A stretch of 62,512 bases of DNA, counting the filler, from Bipalium vagum (lineage: Eukaryota), in the NCBI GenBank assembly GCA_037834085.1. It is 3 parts of 3 records of this genome, joined end to end, with 100 filler letters (N's around TTAATTAATTAA, not from the genome) between each part and the next. Parts side by side here need not be neighbours in the genome. Positions count along the whole stretch, not along the records: positions 24,455 to 45,913 come from JBBMKC010237129.1; positions 46,014 to 62,512 come from JBBMKC010108302.1; 1 more part is not named here. The stretch is one strand, 5' to 3'. The notes under the pieces were generated by a model, which saw only the letters and a program-made list of their open reading frames with translations, did not search any database and had not been told where the DNA came from. Both the position numbers and the translations under genes were made by a program. Position 1 is the stretch's first letter; the number at the start of each line of letters is the position of its first letter. Of this stretch, positions 37,301-48,662 are shown piece by piece.

Positions 37301-38384
37301 GAAATGTCTGGAACGAAAACTGAACAGTGTGTTTTTTAGTAGTTCCAGGACCGAAAGCTTCGTTGATATCGCAAGTGGTTTCTGGTGCATTTTAGCAATT
37401 TTAAAACTGGAACAAAAAAAATTCTCTCTCATTTTATCAGTCTTAAATTTATCGCTCTAGAAAATGTGACAAAATAATTTTTCAGATTAAAATAATTAAT
37501 ATTATAAATATGTAAATAGAGAGAACACAGCGCTTTAAAATAATTTATATAATTTAAAAATTATAAGAAATTTTTACTGTAAAAATGACATAAAATTGTC
37601 AAATACGGAAACATTAATTATTTTTCGGACAGCCTAATATTTTTACATTTCTAATCTGAATGTTAAATTTTAAAAACTATAAACAAATTTATCATGCTGC
37701 AAGATAACTCGTTTTCTATTAGCTAGTACTTGAATTGTGTCTGAGCGATGTAATAATAAGTGTAAGGGTTTCACCTTTAGAAAGTAACTTGTAATTAACT
37801 GTGTTTAATTCGTCCTACCGGTTAGATATTTCACATTAATATTGATCCAAAAAACAATAAGTTCGTTTAATCACCAAATTATTGTAATAAATCAATGTCT
37901 TATTATCAGTAATCAGCAAATCGAGATTACAATGCCTTGCAAATAAAGCAGAACAAATATCCAAACGACCCATACAATAACGCTCAAGTAAAATTATGAA
38001 GAATTTATTAATTTCTAAAAGTATCCTACGATCATGATATGGTTTGTAATGAATGTATGATATACATGGCATTTTGTTCTGTCTCTTGTATGTACCAACT
38101 AATTTTGTACCAGTTCAATTTCTAATACAAAGTATATGAAATTCTGTATATGAAATTATAATTATTAATCATAAATGACTTAAGATTTTTTTGTACTTTA
38201 GGTCATTGTTTGGGGTGATTATGGTAGAATGGAAAAGAAAAATTTCATGGGAATTTCCGACATAGTATTAGATGATCTCAATCTATCATCGATTGTTTTC
38301 GGATGGTATAAATTATTTGGCATGAGTGCATCAAATGCTCATCACCATTGTCAAAAGCAAAACTCAAACTCTTCAGCAAATTAG
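25367..38384 (+). CDS. RIM/unc-10 family protein, C2B domain only (~455 aa as reconstructed)
   Basis: Exons 25367-25373, 27921-28019, 28198-28372, 28440-28867, 33471-33530, 33577-33637, 33687-34041 and 38202-38384 join in frame (1368 nt). RIM hallmarks FQRCEEV, FVEGLGPGQLVGRQVLG, LELEVIRARNL, PYVKVHL, RKTLDPLFQ, LQVIVWGDYGRME, GWYKLF. The 5' end is less certain. Confidence 0.88.
25402..25577. repeat. long inverted repeat (fold-back/MITE-like), ~52-nt arms and ~71-nt spacer, in a RIM intron
   Basis: AATTTACTGAGATTCAAACCCATAAACATC..AAAACTCAATAAAAATACT (25402-25454) is nearly the reverse complement of 25526-25577. Confidence 0.9.
25592..26790 (+). mobile_element. mariner element, decayed, in RIM intron
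   Basis: TA + TTAGGTGCACAAATAAG TIR; LFDMIFYQGKSAA, KIVTGDEKWIYYE, YSSDIAP, NGEY remnants. Confidence 0.88.
27390..27560 (+). mobile_element. mariner C-terminal fragment
   Basis: RFQSFEEAENWITDW...GIHQLPEKWEK. Confidence 0.75.
28930..29330 (-). mobile_element. mariner remnant
   Basis: minus strand IVTDEK..YFDNPKQRKS, KP.Y motifs. Confidence 0.6.
29560..29860 (-). mobile_element. LTR-family fragments related to those at 39385 and 45026
   Basis: minus strand has AATAAATACTCAAG...TTGAGGAT (~29850-29808) and a GTGGAGACTC terminus (29757-29748). Confidence 0.5.
31060..31660 (-). mobile_element. mariner N-terminal remnant
   Basis: ICALYEEGTI...KKWY...LDEDKLKSIL...QTSREM...(W)VPH. Confidence 0.75.
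32479..32549 (-). pseudogene. tRNA-Ala(CGC)-derived pseudogene or SINE head
   Basis: Minus strand GAATTTG TA GCTC AGCGGTCA GAGC A TTCCA TGCGCAT GTGAA GGC CCTGG TTCGAAT CCAGG TATCTCC G. D and T arms are perfect with intact A and B boxes; anticodon CGC; U70 present. Acceptor and anticodon stems are mismatched. Confidence 0.8.
32690..33260 (-). mobile_element. possible LINE ORF2 C-terminal (zinc-knuckle) remnant
   Basis: degenerate minus-strand CKCSAP..ETV..IF..PAHY pattern, heavily decayed. Confidence 0.3.
34386..35283 (-). mobile_element. Tc1/mariner (maT/DD37D-like) internally deleted element
   Basis: degenerate TA-CAGGGTG-type TIRs at both ends; HTH remnant EIINILKVSKTMVFKIK and C-terminal PSSSDHNSLNF...KVQHPNLKYLKQ. 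Confidence 0.7.
36340..37637 (-). mobile_element. mariner remnants (probably two juxtaposed copies)
   Basis: TIR TTAGGCTGTCCGAAAAA at 37637; LKALVETNPRRT, KPPYSPHIV, FHNFKVVKNWVDEW; a second HTH remnant at 36780-36970. Confidence 0.8.
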
Positions 38385-39092
38385 TTCTCCAAAAAGGACT
38401 ACCAGATTTTCTTATTTACTTAGGTAATGGCCAGCTTTGCAACACTTATTCCTGCAGTCTTTCGATTTAGTATTTTTCTTTTTAAATCCTTATGCAGACA
38501 TACTTTTGTAGAGATCTAACTTTTCATTTCAATTTTTAGATTTAAGGAATAAATGATTCCTTGTTACGGTTATTAAATGTAACATTGATTTTCTTGCTAA
38601 AAAAACTTAAAATTTAAGAACAAGAAAAAATTTTGAAAAATTGAGAAATTTTTAAATAATTAATCTTTTTCTATAATCTTAGATTAATATATTGGACTAT
38701 GTTTATCAATGTCAATTCGTCTTTAATCATTTTAAAAATATTTGTTCCCTACTTGACATTGTGAAATTTATTTATTTATATAAGTAAAATCACAATTTTT
38801 ATATTATTTTGTTTAATTTTTTATAAACTGCATTTAATATTCTCAAAATAATAAGGAATGGTTAATCAGTTCTTCTTACATCTTAAGAATTTTTCTCTTA
38901 AGAACTAAAATAATTTGTAAACTTTTTTCCTTAATGCGTATATGAATCAAATGTATCAAAATACTAAATGAAACTGTTTTTTTTATCAAAAACTAATAGT
39001 AGTAATAAAATACTTATAAATAAAGACCACGCCCCAATAGATTAAACTCGATTTTGTTTAGTAATTTTATTATTAACCTATCCAGTTATATA

Positions 39093-41161
39093 TAGGGTAT
39101 GTATAAACTAAGCATCCAATTTTGGAGCTCAGTAATATATAATATTTAATTTACATTGATCTAAGAAATAGAATTTCCGAAAATTTATGTAAATGTTAAA
39201 TTGTTTTAATAAGTCGGTGTTATTGAATAATTGCAGTAAATTCATATTTTAGTAATGTTCACCATTGAAGAAGTAGTGAAAATTGTCTTACTGATGACTA
39301 AGATGGAAACAATTACATTACTCAGACGGCACTTAGAACACTTGAGATTGAAAAAGATACCTACAGCGAGAACAATGATAATATTGTGGTGACTCCCATC
39401 AACAACAACAAAGGCCAGGAAGTCAAGACAATAAACATTTGGTATTATGTGATCTTTGTGATCTTAATTTTATTAACAATCATTTTGGTGTTTAAAAGTG
39501 TTTAAAAGCATTTTTATATAAATGTAAACATTTGTATATAATTGTCTTTTATGTTGTTGAATGTTTTATAAAAATAAAAATTGTAAGGTTGCCCTTGGTG
39601 GATTATAATAAAAATAAAATATTTTAAATTGTAAAAAAAATTAATAAAAATATAAATAGTTCTAGTCACTAAAAATAAAAATTACATAGAATAAATTTCT
39701 AAAAAAATAAAAAAGGGTATAAAAGAATTAAAATAATATAAAATATAATACATAATATATATATAGTAAATAATAATAATAATTATTATAAATAATTCCT
39801 AAGTTAATTAAAATAATATAAAAGACCCAATAATTAATCAAATGGGCGCAGATTAATTTTGACAAAGAAAAATATATATATTAATTAGTTATTAAAAGAA
39901 TATAATAAATCATATTGATAAGTTCGTGCACCAATTCAAGCAAATTTATTCGATAATAACTGTCAAACGAATACAAATATTTTCGAAGACCAAATAGCAG
40001 TTATTAATTATCAACTGACGTCGGTATCAAATCAAAAAAAATAAATTAGTATATAAAAAGAAAATAGATCGGCTAATTAGGACAGCAGAAAAAGAAATAG
40101 TCAAACTAAAACCAATTCGAGACGTAATTAGAGACAAAACCCATACAAGACTAACATCGATTTGAATTCCAATCTACTACAACAATCAATAACTGATTCA
40201 GATAAAAAGCCGTTCAGATCCGTATCAACAATCCAGATAAATTCATCCGACAAATTCATTTTGTTTTCAAGTAATCCATGTTCCCAAATAACGAACACGT
40301 AAAATAAAGTTTCGATTCGATTCAAAAATAATTTTTTTAATTTTATTTAACTTGTCTTATAATTAAGACAGTTTATTTATTTTCTTATATATTCAAATTC
40401 TTTATAAAAGCCTTGTGGTCAAAACAAAGTTTGATTTTAATATAACCTAAATAAATACTCTGACCAGGACCTGAGGATCAAAAAATTTGTTGTTCTCCCA
40501 TTTCTCTTTTCCGTTTTCGTTTTTGTTTTAAACTCAAACGCTAAGTATGGCGGTGAGTTAAATTGTTTATCTTAATTGAGGACCTCTGAGTCTAAGAACG
40601 AGAGGACTTTTTAACCCCTAAATAAAATCTTAACCTAAAAATAAAAAGCTTAAATAATATCCATCAAGGACGATGATCACTAGCATTTGTAAAAACACCT
40701 CTTTTTAATAAAAATATCATTTTCAAAATTTGAATTTGATTTTGTCACTTGTATTAGATTTTATTTAAACCTTAATGTTTAAAAAAATTTTAACCATAAT
40801 AATAAAAGCAACCTTCACCGTTATTCGCTAATAACCATTGTTTTTAGCTCCACCTTTCATAAATTAGGAACTTAAAAATATTTGCAAAATTCAAAGAGAC
40901 TGAAAGTGTTTGTGAAAAAAAGATCAAAGACCTGAAAAATATTATTTAAATGGAGGCAGCTAGAATATTATGAGAAATTTTTCAAAATGTTATGAATTAC
41001 TTTTATAATCGCCTACAAATGTGTATTAAAGTTAATGATCATTCTCTAATAAAATATTAAATTTTAATAAATGTCACTGTGTCAAAAATTTGCAGTGCTC
41101 TGTGGTATATATTTTATGGTATTACATTTAAGAATCGGATATTTACTTTATACAAATCCTG
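39093..41161 (+). mobile_element. Tc1/mariner-superfamily element, internally deleted and interrupted by an LTR
   Basis: TIRs TAGGGTATGTATAAACTAAGCATCC / GGATATTTACTTTATACAAATCCTG with TA flanks. N-terminal MFTIEEVVKIVLL...RRHL...IPTARTM resumes at ~40870 as KIFAKFKETESV; C-terminal FYNRLQMCIKVN. Confidence 0.8.
39385..40666 (+). mobile_element. putative solo LTR (~1.28 kb)
   Basis: TGTGGTGACTCC...CCATCA termini; shares AATAAATACTC..CCTGAGGAT and ACGCTAAGTA.GGCGG blocks with 45026-45913; no TSD seen. Confidence 0.6.
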
Positions 41162-41529
41162 TATATATTTTTCATAAACAAAAAATCCAATTACAGAAAA
41201 ATATTCAGTCAGTAGATTTATTAGCAGTCAGACAAACTTATTAAAAAGAAACAAATTATTGATCAATTGATAATGAAAAAATTTCCTTCTCAACTAATAT
41301 TTCAGAAACAGAATTATTTTTAGTGAATAGTTTAATTATAACAAAAATAATCATAAATACGCAGTGCAAAATGAAAAGAAAATTATCAAGATGTTTTTGA
41401 TCAAGTAAATATAATAATATTAATAATAAATAAAACCAGTATATCCGAAAAACTATTTTAGTTTATGAAAATAATATTATTATTAAAATTAATATTAATA
41501 ATAATACTAAATAATAATAGTCTGTTAAT

Positions 41530-41978
41530 TCATCCGTTAAGAGCTGAACTTTTTTTTAACTTGTAAGGCCTGAGCTGCAGCTCATTTTTTGCTATCATAC
41601 GAAGAGATTCACGTTTAGGCCTAGTCTCACGGGTGACTTTTTTCATGGAGAGTCTGGGATTTCGCTTGATCCTCTTGGCGATTGGAAGAGATATTGATAG
41701 TCCGTTTCCTTCCACTACCACTATTGACAAGTTCTTTGAATCACCGATCAGAGACAGTTTTTTTGGACATTCAACATCGACTAATTTCACTGACTTTTTT
41801 CGGAAAGAAAAATTCAAAAATTACTTCACGTTTATTTGAAAATTAATAATTACACTAAATATGATCAATATTTAAAGAAAAAAATCATAATACTAACACG
41901 TACATAGATTTCAAAAAACGAAAAATGTTTCTTTCAAGGACATAGAAAACTTTGTCCGGGTTTTTTCTGGTCACCCTG
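41530..41978 (-). mobile_element. Tc1/mariner (maT-like) 5' fragment
   Basis: TA-CAGGGTGACCAG terminus; IAKRIKRNPRLSMKKV...SLRMIAKNELQLRPYK. Confidence 0.8.
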
Positions 41979-41984
41979 TATATA

Positions 41985-43090
41985 AAAAGTGGCCCATATT
42001 AATAATAATGCCGCCACTTCTAACTATGAAAGTTTAGGTTACATAATAGCTAAAACAAAGAAATTTTTGAAATCATATTATATTGATCTTTTTATTGAAT
42101 AATTTATTTAGTGATAATCCTCTAGATGAAGAGAGAGCAATACGAATATAACGCCAAGGCAGTTATTGCTTTTTTCCAAGAAAATCCACAAAAAAACTGG
42201 CTACGGTTAATCACTATCGGCAGCAAAATAATAATAAGAACAATCCGGAATGTGATTTCACGCTTTCTGAAGACTGGAGTAACAGATTACAAGTCAATAC
42301 CAGGTCGTAAAACAGTTGTAAACACTTCCAGAATCCAAATAAAAGTGTTAAAGCACACGAAAAACAACAGATCACTATCAGAGCGCTTGTCATCAAAGCA
42401 GTTGCATCTGAGTCGTAATACCTATCAGAGAGTGAAAGAAGCGGTTGGATTGCGTAGCAGAAAGAAGCATAAGTATATTAAAGATCAGATACAGCGTTCA
42501 ATTACGTAGTCAGCTAAGCTTTACGAGGATAGTCTTCCAAGTGGCAAGAACTATTTCTTTGTTTTGGATGACAAAAAATATGTTCCACCAGATCCGACAT
42601 AAGTTCCTGATAACCAATATTATTTGTAGGATGATGAAGCGGAGACACCAGTTGAAGAGTGTAGCTCAAACCGGTAAATTTGAAAAAAGGTTTATGATAT
42701 GGCAGATGGGTCTGTTTCACAGCCGTTTGTGACTAATGGTACTATTAATGGTGAAATTTATCTGGTGTCAAAAGGCCAATTTTATTTTTGCCTGATCTGG
42801 CAACTTCTCATTATTGTAACATTGTGACTTCCTAACTCAGGGAAGAACACAACCCGCCGAATAAACCACAGTAACGCCCAATTGAAAAATTTTGGACACT
42901 TTGTAAGCACAGATATCAAATGCTGAATAAACCAGTTGACAGTATACCAAAAATGAAACGAATCTGGACATGCATCTCCAAGGAAATTGCAGCTGAGTCT
43001 GGAAAAACATTGTTTAAACACTGGACAAAAATGCACACTTGTTCCAAAAAATGGATTTCTTTCTGTTTAAATTTTGTATAAAAATGTACA
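41985..43090 (+). mobile_element. Tc1-like transposase remnant
   Basis: RTIRNVISRFLKTGVTDYKSIPGRK, FVLDD, KRFMIWQ, FLPDLATSHY, PIEKFW; many frameshifts. Confidence 0.8.
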
Positions 43091-43457
43091 TGAATATAAA
43101 TGTTATTCGTTCTAAAAGATTACTTGTTTATGTTTTTTTGCTGATTAAATTTCTGTTTTTTCTAATAAATTATTTTTTAATCAATTCTAAATTATTAATA
43201 GTGTGAATTACCAATCTTAATGAGATTACAGTTCTTTAAATATAAATTTAATATTTTAAAAAATTATATTTTCAATACATTTTAAAACAAATAACGCAGA
43301 AATTACAATAAATTTAAATTATTCAAAAACTTTCTAACATTAATTTTTATCTATATAGACAAATTTTTAATTTTCATTAATGGATAAACAAATTGTGGGG
43401 TATTGTTTTAAAAAAGATTGTTTAAAATCTCTGTTGCTAAAATCAATATATTTAAAA

Positions 43458-43814
43458 ATGTCCCTTAGATTTAAATTCCATCCGAAATACACATTTTTTC
43501 TGAATATAATAGCAGTGACATTTATATGTGGAATAATAATTATCCTTATAATTAAAAGGAGTTCAAACCAAAAGGATTATAATCTAGAGGATTTTAATAA
43601 TCTTTTCCATGATGAGTTTAACTCTCATCATACATGGTTAAATTCTCAAGAAGGATTAATAAACAACTCTTTAATAGAAGCACTGAAAATAAAACACGTC
43701 AACATTTCTATATTAAAAATGCATTTGTCTAATTTAAAGCAATCTATGAAATTGTACAAAATTGATATGGAAAACAAAATAAAATTATTTCAAAAGGATC
43801 TGTTACTGGAATAG
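43458..43814 (+). CDS. small orphan single-pass (type II) membrane protein, 118 aa
   Basis: Open 357-nt frame in ~80% AT DNA, AAAA-ATG context, basic N-terminus, hydrophobic stretch FFLNIIAVTFICGIIIILII, helical C-terminus; AATAAA at ~43883. Confidence 0.55.
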   Translation: MSLRFKFHPKYTFFLNIIAVTFICGIIIILIIKRSSNQKDYNLEDFNNLFHDEFNSHHTWLNSQEGLINNSLIEALKIKHVNISILKMHLSNLKQSMKLYKIDMENKIKLFQKDLLLE

Positions 43815-43957
43815 TATTTAATGAATTTCATACTATTTAATTTGTTTGACGTTTAATTTACATGTAGCAATTTTGTAATTGTAATAAATATTTATACATA
43901 GTTTTTAAAAATAAATTCATATCTAAAAAAAACAATGAATCCATAATGTTATATTTT

Positions 43958-44430
43958 TTAAGCAATTGATGGAGCAGCGGATGAAATTTTTGGCCACATA
44001 TCTGCACATTCCTTAGCAACTGGACCAGTGATTGCTGAACCTTTCATTTCTCCTTTATTATTTACTATAACCCCTGCGTTATCTTCAAATTGAATTATTG
44101 TTCCGTCTTTTCGTTTAAAAAGCTTTCTCTGGCGTATAACAACACCTTGTAGAACTTTTTTTCTGAGTTCTGGTTTACCCTTTTTAACGGAACAAACAAT
44201 CATGTCACCTACGGCAGCAGCAGGTAATCTGTTCAATCTAGATTTTGTTCCAAATACACTGATAACAAACATATTTTTAGCACCAGAATTATCAGCACAA
44301 TTTATGAGAGCCGCTACAGGCAAACCCAAAGAAATTCTAAAACGTCCACCAGATGCTCCTCCACGACCTTTAAAAGTTATATAAATTCGTTAATTAGTAT
44401 AAATAAATTAATAATACCTCGCTTTGACAT
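43958..44430 (-). CDS. RPL23: 60S ribosomal protein L23 (uL14), 140 aa, 2 exons
   Basis: join(44430-44418, 44367-43958) with a 50-nt GT-AG intron; [21 protein letters not shown]...[10 protein letters not shown]...[10 protein letters not shown]...[10 protein letters not shown]. Confidence 0.99.
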
Positions 44431-45025
44431 ATTTTAAATTTTTTTAATATTCCTTCAAATTATTATTTAAACAATATTTATATTTTATTATTAAATTAAA
44501 TGATCTAATTTTCAAAATATATTTGATAAAAAAAGTTTAAAATAAAGTGTGTAAATTTCTAAATCCTTATACTGTCCTAATTTATATTATTTTAGAAATT
44601 GGGATAAAAATTAATTCATTAATACATTTATTATAAGTTAATATTACAAAACAAATATATCGAATTAGATTGAATGTAAAATTGTTGATGGCGTTTATTA
44701 TAATGATTAAATGATTATTAAAGTAATTTAACATTTGATTTTTCAATTAATATAGTTCAAAAAGCATCCAGAATTAAAGTTTTGTTCTAATTTTTAGATG
44801 GTAATACAAAAGAACAATCATAAAAGTTTACCTACAAGTCTTAGATTTTTCTAAAAAATAATTCAAATATTTTAATTTTATTCAAAATCTCATAAAAATC
44901 AAACTTTTCAAAAATGTTCTATAGAGATTCAATCAAAATGATCCCACCGAATAATGGTGTCGGTAAAGCTAGTAACTAGTAAAATCACTTTTTATCAATT
45001 TATAAAAAATTTGTTAGTATGTATG

Positions 45026-45913
45026 TGTGGAGACTACAGCCAAATCAGGAGAGTTCAGATCAACCAAATCAAGACCAATAATTCCCAACAATCCAAGCCG
45101 CCAAACCAATCCAAGCCAAAAACGGATCCTTGACATTGTGTTACATTGTGTGATCATTATTTCCTTTAGCTTTATTTCATGAAGTGTAGTTTGATTTAAT
45201 ATATAGATATACTAAGTTGATATTCCACGTAATACCACTGAACTCAAATACTGATAAAAGGATATCGCAAATCAAAAATATTAACGTGAAGCAAAGCAAA
45301 GCAAAGTGACGCTAGAAGAAAGATAAAATATATGCTTTTGTTTGGAAGAGTAATTTTTATTATTAGCATTAACTTGTTATATTTTTGTGACAAAGTCTTA
45401 TCGGTGTAAAATAAATTGTTTAGAATAGTAATTTTTCTAATTTTATTAGTACTAACTTGTTATATTTGCGTAACAAAGTTCATCTTTAAAGTCTTATTGA
45501 TATAAAAGAAATTTTAGTAATAATAAAGTAATATTTAATTTCATAACTATATAAAATAAGTATTTATTCGCAAGCGTATAATAATATAAATAACTTGTTA
45601 CACCAGTGTAACAAAGTCTATTATCGTAAAATATATAAAATTTCAATAATAATAATTATAATAAAAACTAGCTTGGAACCAAAAGTTCACAAGACTAGTA
45701 TCGATTGTCAATTAGAAAATAATATAATTAAATCGTATTGATATTTCATGTCTTTTTCATTAAGCAGGTGTGTCTTGCTAGACAAGGCACCGTTTGTCAA
45801 TAATAAATAAATAAATACTCAGGCTAGGGCCTGAGGATTATCTAATTTTTAAACTTCCGCTCCTTATAACTTTTTCTTTTTATTGTTCATATTTCACACG
45901 CTAAGTAGGGCGG
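45026..45913 (+). mobile_element. LTR truncated by gap, with internal palindromic repeats
   Basis: TGTGGAGACTAC start; conserved blocks shared with 39385-40666. Confidence 0.65.
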
Positions 45914-46013
45914 NNNNNNNNNNNNNNNNNNNNNNNNNNNNNNNNNNNNNNNNNNNNTTAATTAATTAANNNNNNNNNNNNNNNNNNNNNNNNNNNNNNN
46001 NNNNNNNNNNNNN
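45914..46013. other. assembly gap with artificial linker
   Basis: N44-TTAATTAATTAA-N44. Confidence 0.97.
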
Positions 46014-46199
46014 AATTATAATTAATAATATTAACAATATACTAATCAATATGTATAAAACATTAACATATAAAATTTGTTTGCTTAAAAGATACATACA
46101 TAAAAACTGTTTAATGTATTAATTTAAAAAAATTGCTAATATTTTGGACGGCACTGTACGTCAGAATGTTTTATCTGACAAGGAGAAATATCCTAATTT

Positions 46200-46900
46200 G
46201 ACAAATATTATTTTGTCGCACATTAAACAAATAACTTACAAAACACTGAACAAAGTACCTATCTTACGAAATATTACACCAGTGATCAAACCCAGGTATA
46301 TATATTCAAGGATATGTATCCGAAACGAAAATAATTGTTCTGCAAATGCAAACAATGTAATTTATATATATGAAAGTGGTTTCAACTTGCACATATGACA
46401 CCGGTTTTGTCGAAATATTGTAGGACAAAGAGCGACAGTGAAAACCATAAATAGTTGAGACAATAATATAACCTTGATTATGAATATTTCTGGAAATGAT
46501 GTATTGCATTACAAATTACATTTTCCTTTTGTAATACGGAATTTACCTACCGATTTTGGAAGAATTATCTCTTATGTTGGAAGAGCCTAGTTTTATAAAA
46601 ATGGATAACGTCTCATTCTATAAGTCATTAGATGTGAAAAGGTGGTTCAACGAGTCAGGATATGAGCAAGTCTTGCTACCTACGTATATTTATCTTTTCT
46701 CCATCCGATAGAGGAAGTATTCAGTAAGCTAAATTTGTTGTAGCTTCCAATCTTCCTAACAATCGAATTGATTTGATAATTTCTAGTTATAAACTCTAAA
46801 CAATTACATAAAAAATTCTCGCAGTTTTTAAACTCTTGCTTGGATCGGCTAGAAATAAAAAAATCACCGGCAAGAATTAATACCAAAACGGAATCTTTGA
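46200..46900 (+). mobile_element. IS630/Tc1 (DDE_3) transposase remnant
   Basis: VIYIYESGFNLH, MDNVSF, SFLHPIEEVFSKL. Confidence 0.75.
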
Positions 46901-47029
46901 TTGTGTAAAAAGATTGAAATCTGTTTAAATAATTAAATCTTATTGAATAAATGTGTTTTTATAATGCGATCTTTTAATTATTTGTTTGTTAAACATGTAT
47001 TGTAATCGATTAATAATAATAAGAGTTCA

Positions 47030-47530
47030 TCATTAGTTCATCATTACGGACTGATCATAAAGCAATTACTTTTTTGAGGACAACAAAAAACCTAATTACT
47101 CCAGCACTCAAAACGTGGGTCAACTTTCTAAGTAGTTTGAATAGTACGTATTTTCAAACGGGTTTATCTAAAGGCAATTTCTGACCGCAAGCAACTCTTA
47201 AAGAAGAAAATCTGGAAGTTGGGTCACTAGACTTCAAGAGGTTGAGTTTACTTAAAATGCAAATTATTTAAAGTCTTTATGTTGATTTTCAGCAAAAATA
47301 TTTTAGGACCAAAATGATGATCCTAAGATCAAAAAGAGATTTCACAGAATCAGAACTATTAATATATAAATATCAATTGTTTAATGTTAGAAAAATAAAG
47401 AAATCGATGTTTTTTTGAATCAGAGCCCAATTTGATACTCTAAAATAAAAGTTAATGACTATCTGGCTCAGAACTTTCGGTGAACAGTCTGGACCCTTAA
47501 CGGTTGGCCTGGATTCGAGTGCAAACCTTT
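47030..47530 (+). mobile_element. gypsy RNase H scrap followed by a diverged LTR start
   Basis: LRTDHKAITFLRTTKNLITPALKTWVNFLSSL (same type as 16840); GGTGAACA...GGCCT...AACCTT resembles 24278-24354. Confidence 0.6.
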
Positions 47531-48662
47531 TTATAATTACTCATCAATAATTAATGAATTACACTCAACCATAAGTTCACTTGTAAGATGACCCATAATG
47601 AAGCTTTACAAACAACAGCAATGTTTTCAACTCTTCAAAATATCTCAATTGATTTTCTTTATTTCAGATTAGAGATATAAAATTATAAATTTAATTTTTC
47701 ATATTTCTGAAATTTTCTGTTTAGCGTGTTTTCCATAATATGAGATAATTAGACAATCGTACAAATTGATCCCTTGAAAACGGTAAAAAACCTAAAATTT
47801 TAAACGAGAATCAATAATATTTGACCGGAAGTGTTTGTTAAAATAAAATTCAGGTTTCTTAAAAATTATGCTAGATTTAAAAAATACTCAACTAAGAACA
47901 AAAGGATAAGGACATAAGTCATCATTACTTCACTCGTTTTTATATTAATTCTTTCCAATAATCATGAATTCCTTGTAAAATAAATCTCTTCGTTGTTTCA
48001 AAAAATATATTTGCTTAATTTTAAAGAGCACACCATTTTAAAGAATATTCTGCATAAAAAAGAAAAAAAATACAAAAATCACTGATATTGGAAAATGTGC
48101 ATAAAGACAATATTGAAAATAATTCAAATGACCTCACGTGAACTCAAGATTATAGGAAAAACTGCTTTGGATTTTTAATATAAAGGATTAAAGATTAAAG
48201 AATTAAAGATGATAAAAAATGTGAACCCTTAAAACATGGATTGATGAGAGTTTCGCTGGAAAAAATTCCATTATCCATTGAATTTCTTGTAACATTTATT
48301 TAGCATAATCAGAAAGCCTTAAATTCACTTCCAAATCGAGGAAAATTAAACAATATTGATAAAAAATGGCAGCTATAAATCTGTCCTTTAATATATGCAT
48401 AAATTATTTCAAAAAACAATATTATACCGAAATAATTAGTAACATAAATAAAACCCTTTTATAAATAAGATATGTCCAATGAACAAGGTCAACGTTCTTA
48501 TTTACAAGAACTAAAGTTTTTATACCATTGCTTTTTAATATCATTTTTCATATTAAGTTTCCAAAAACTCAATTGCATAATTTTTTTTTAAAATAAAATA
48601 CATTTAACAAATTATTAATTAAAACAAAGTTTATAAATATCCACTATTTATTTAATAGATAA

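Noticed and set aside
45371-45617. CRISPR-like repeat-spacer array
   Set aside because: Only three copies, unequal and partly homologous spacers, eukaryotic LTR context, no cas genes.
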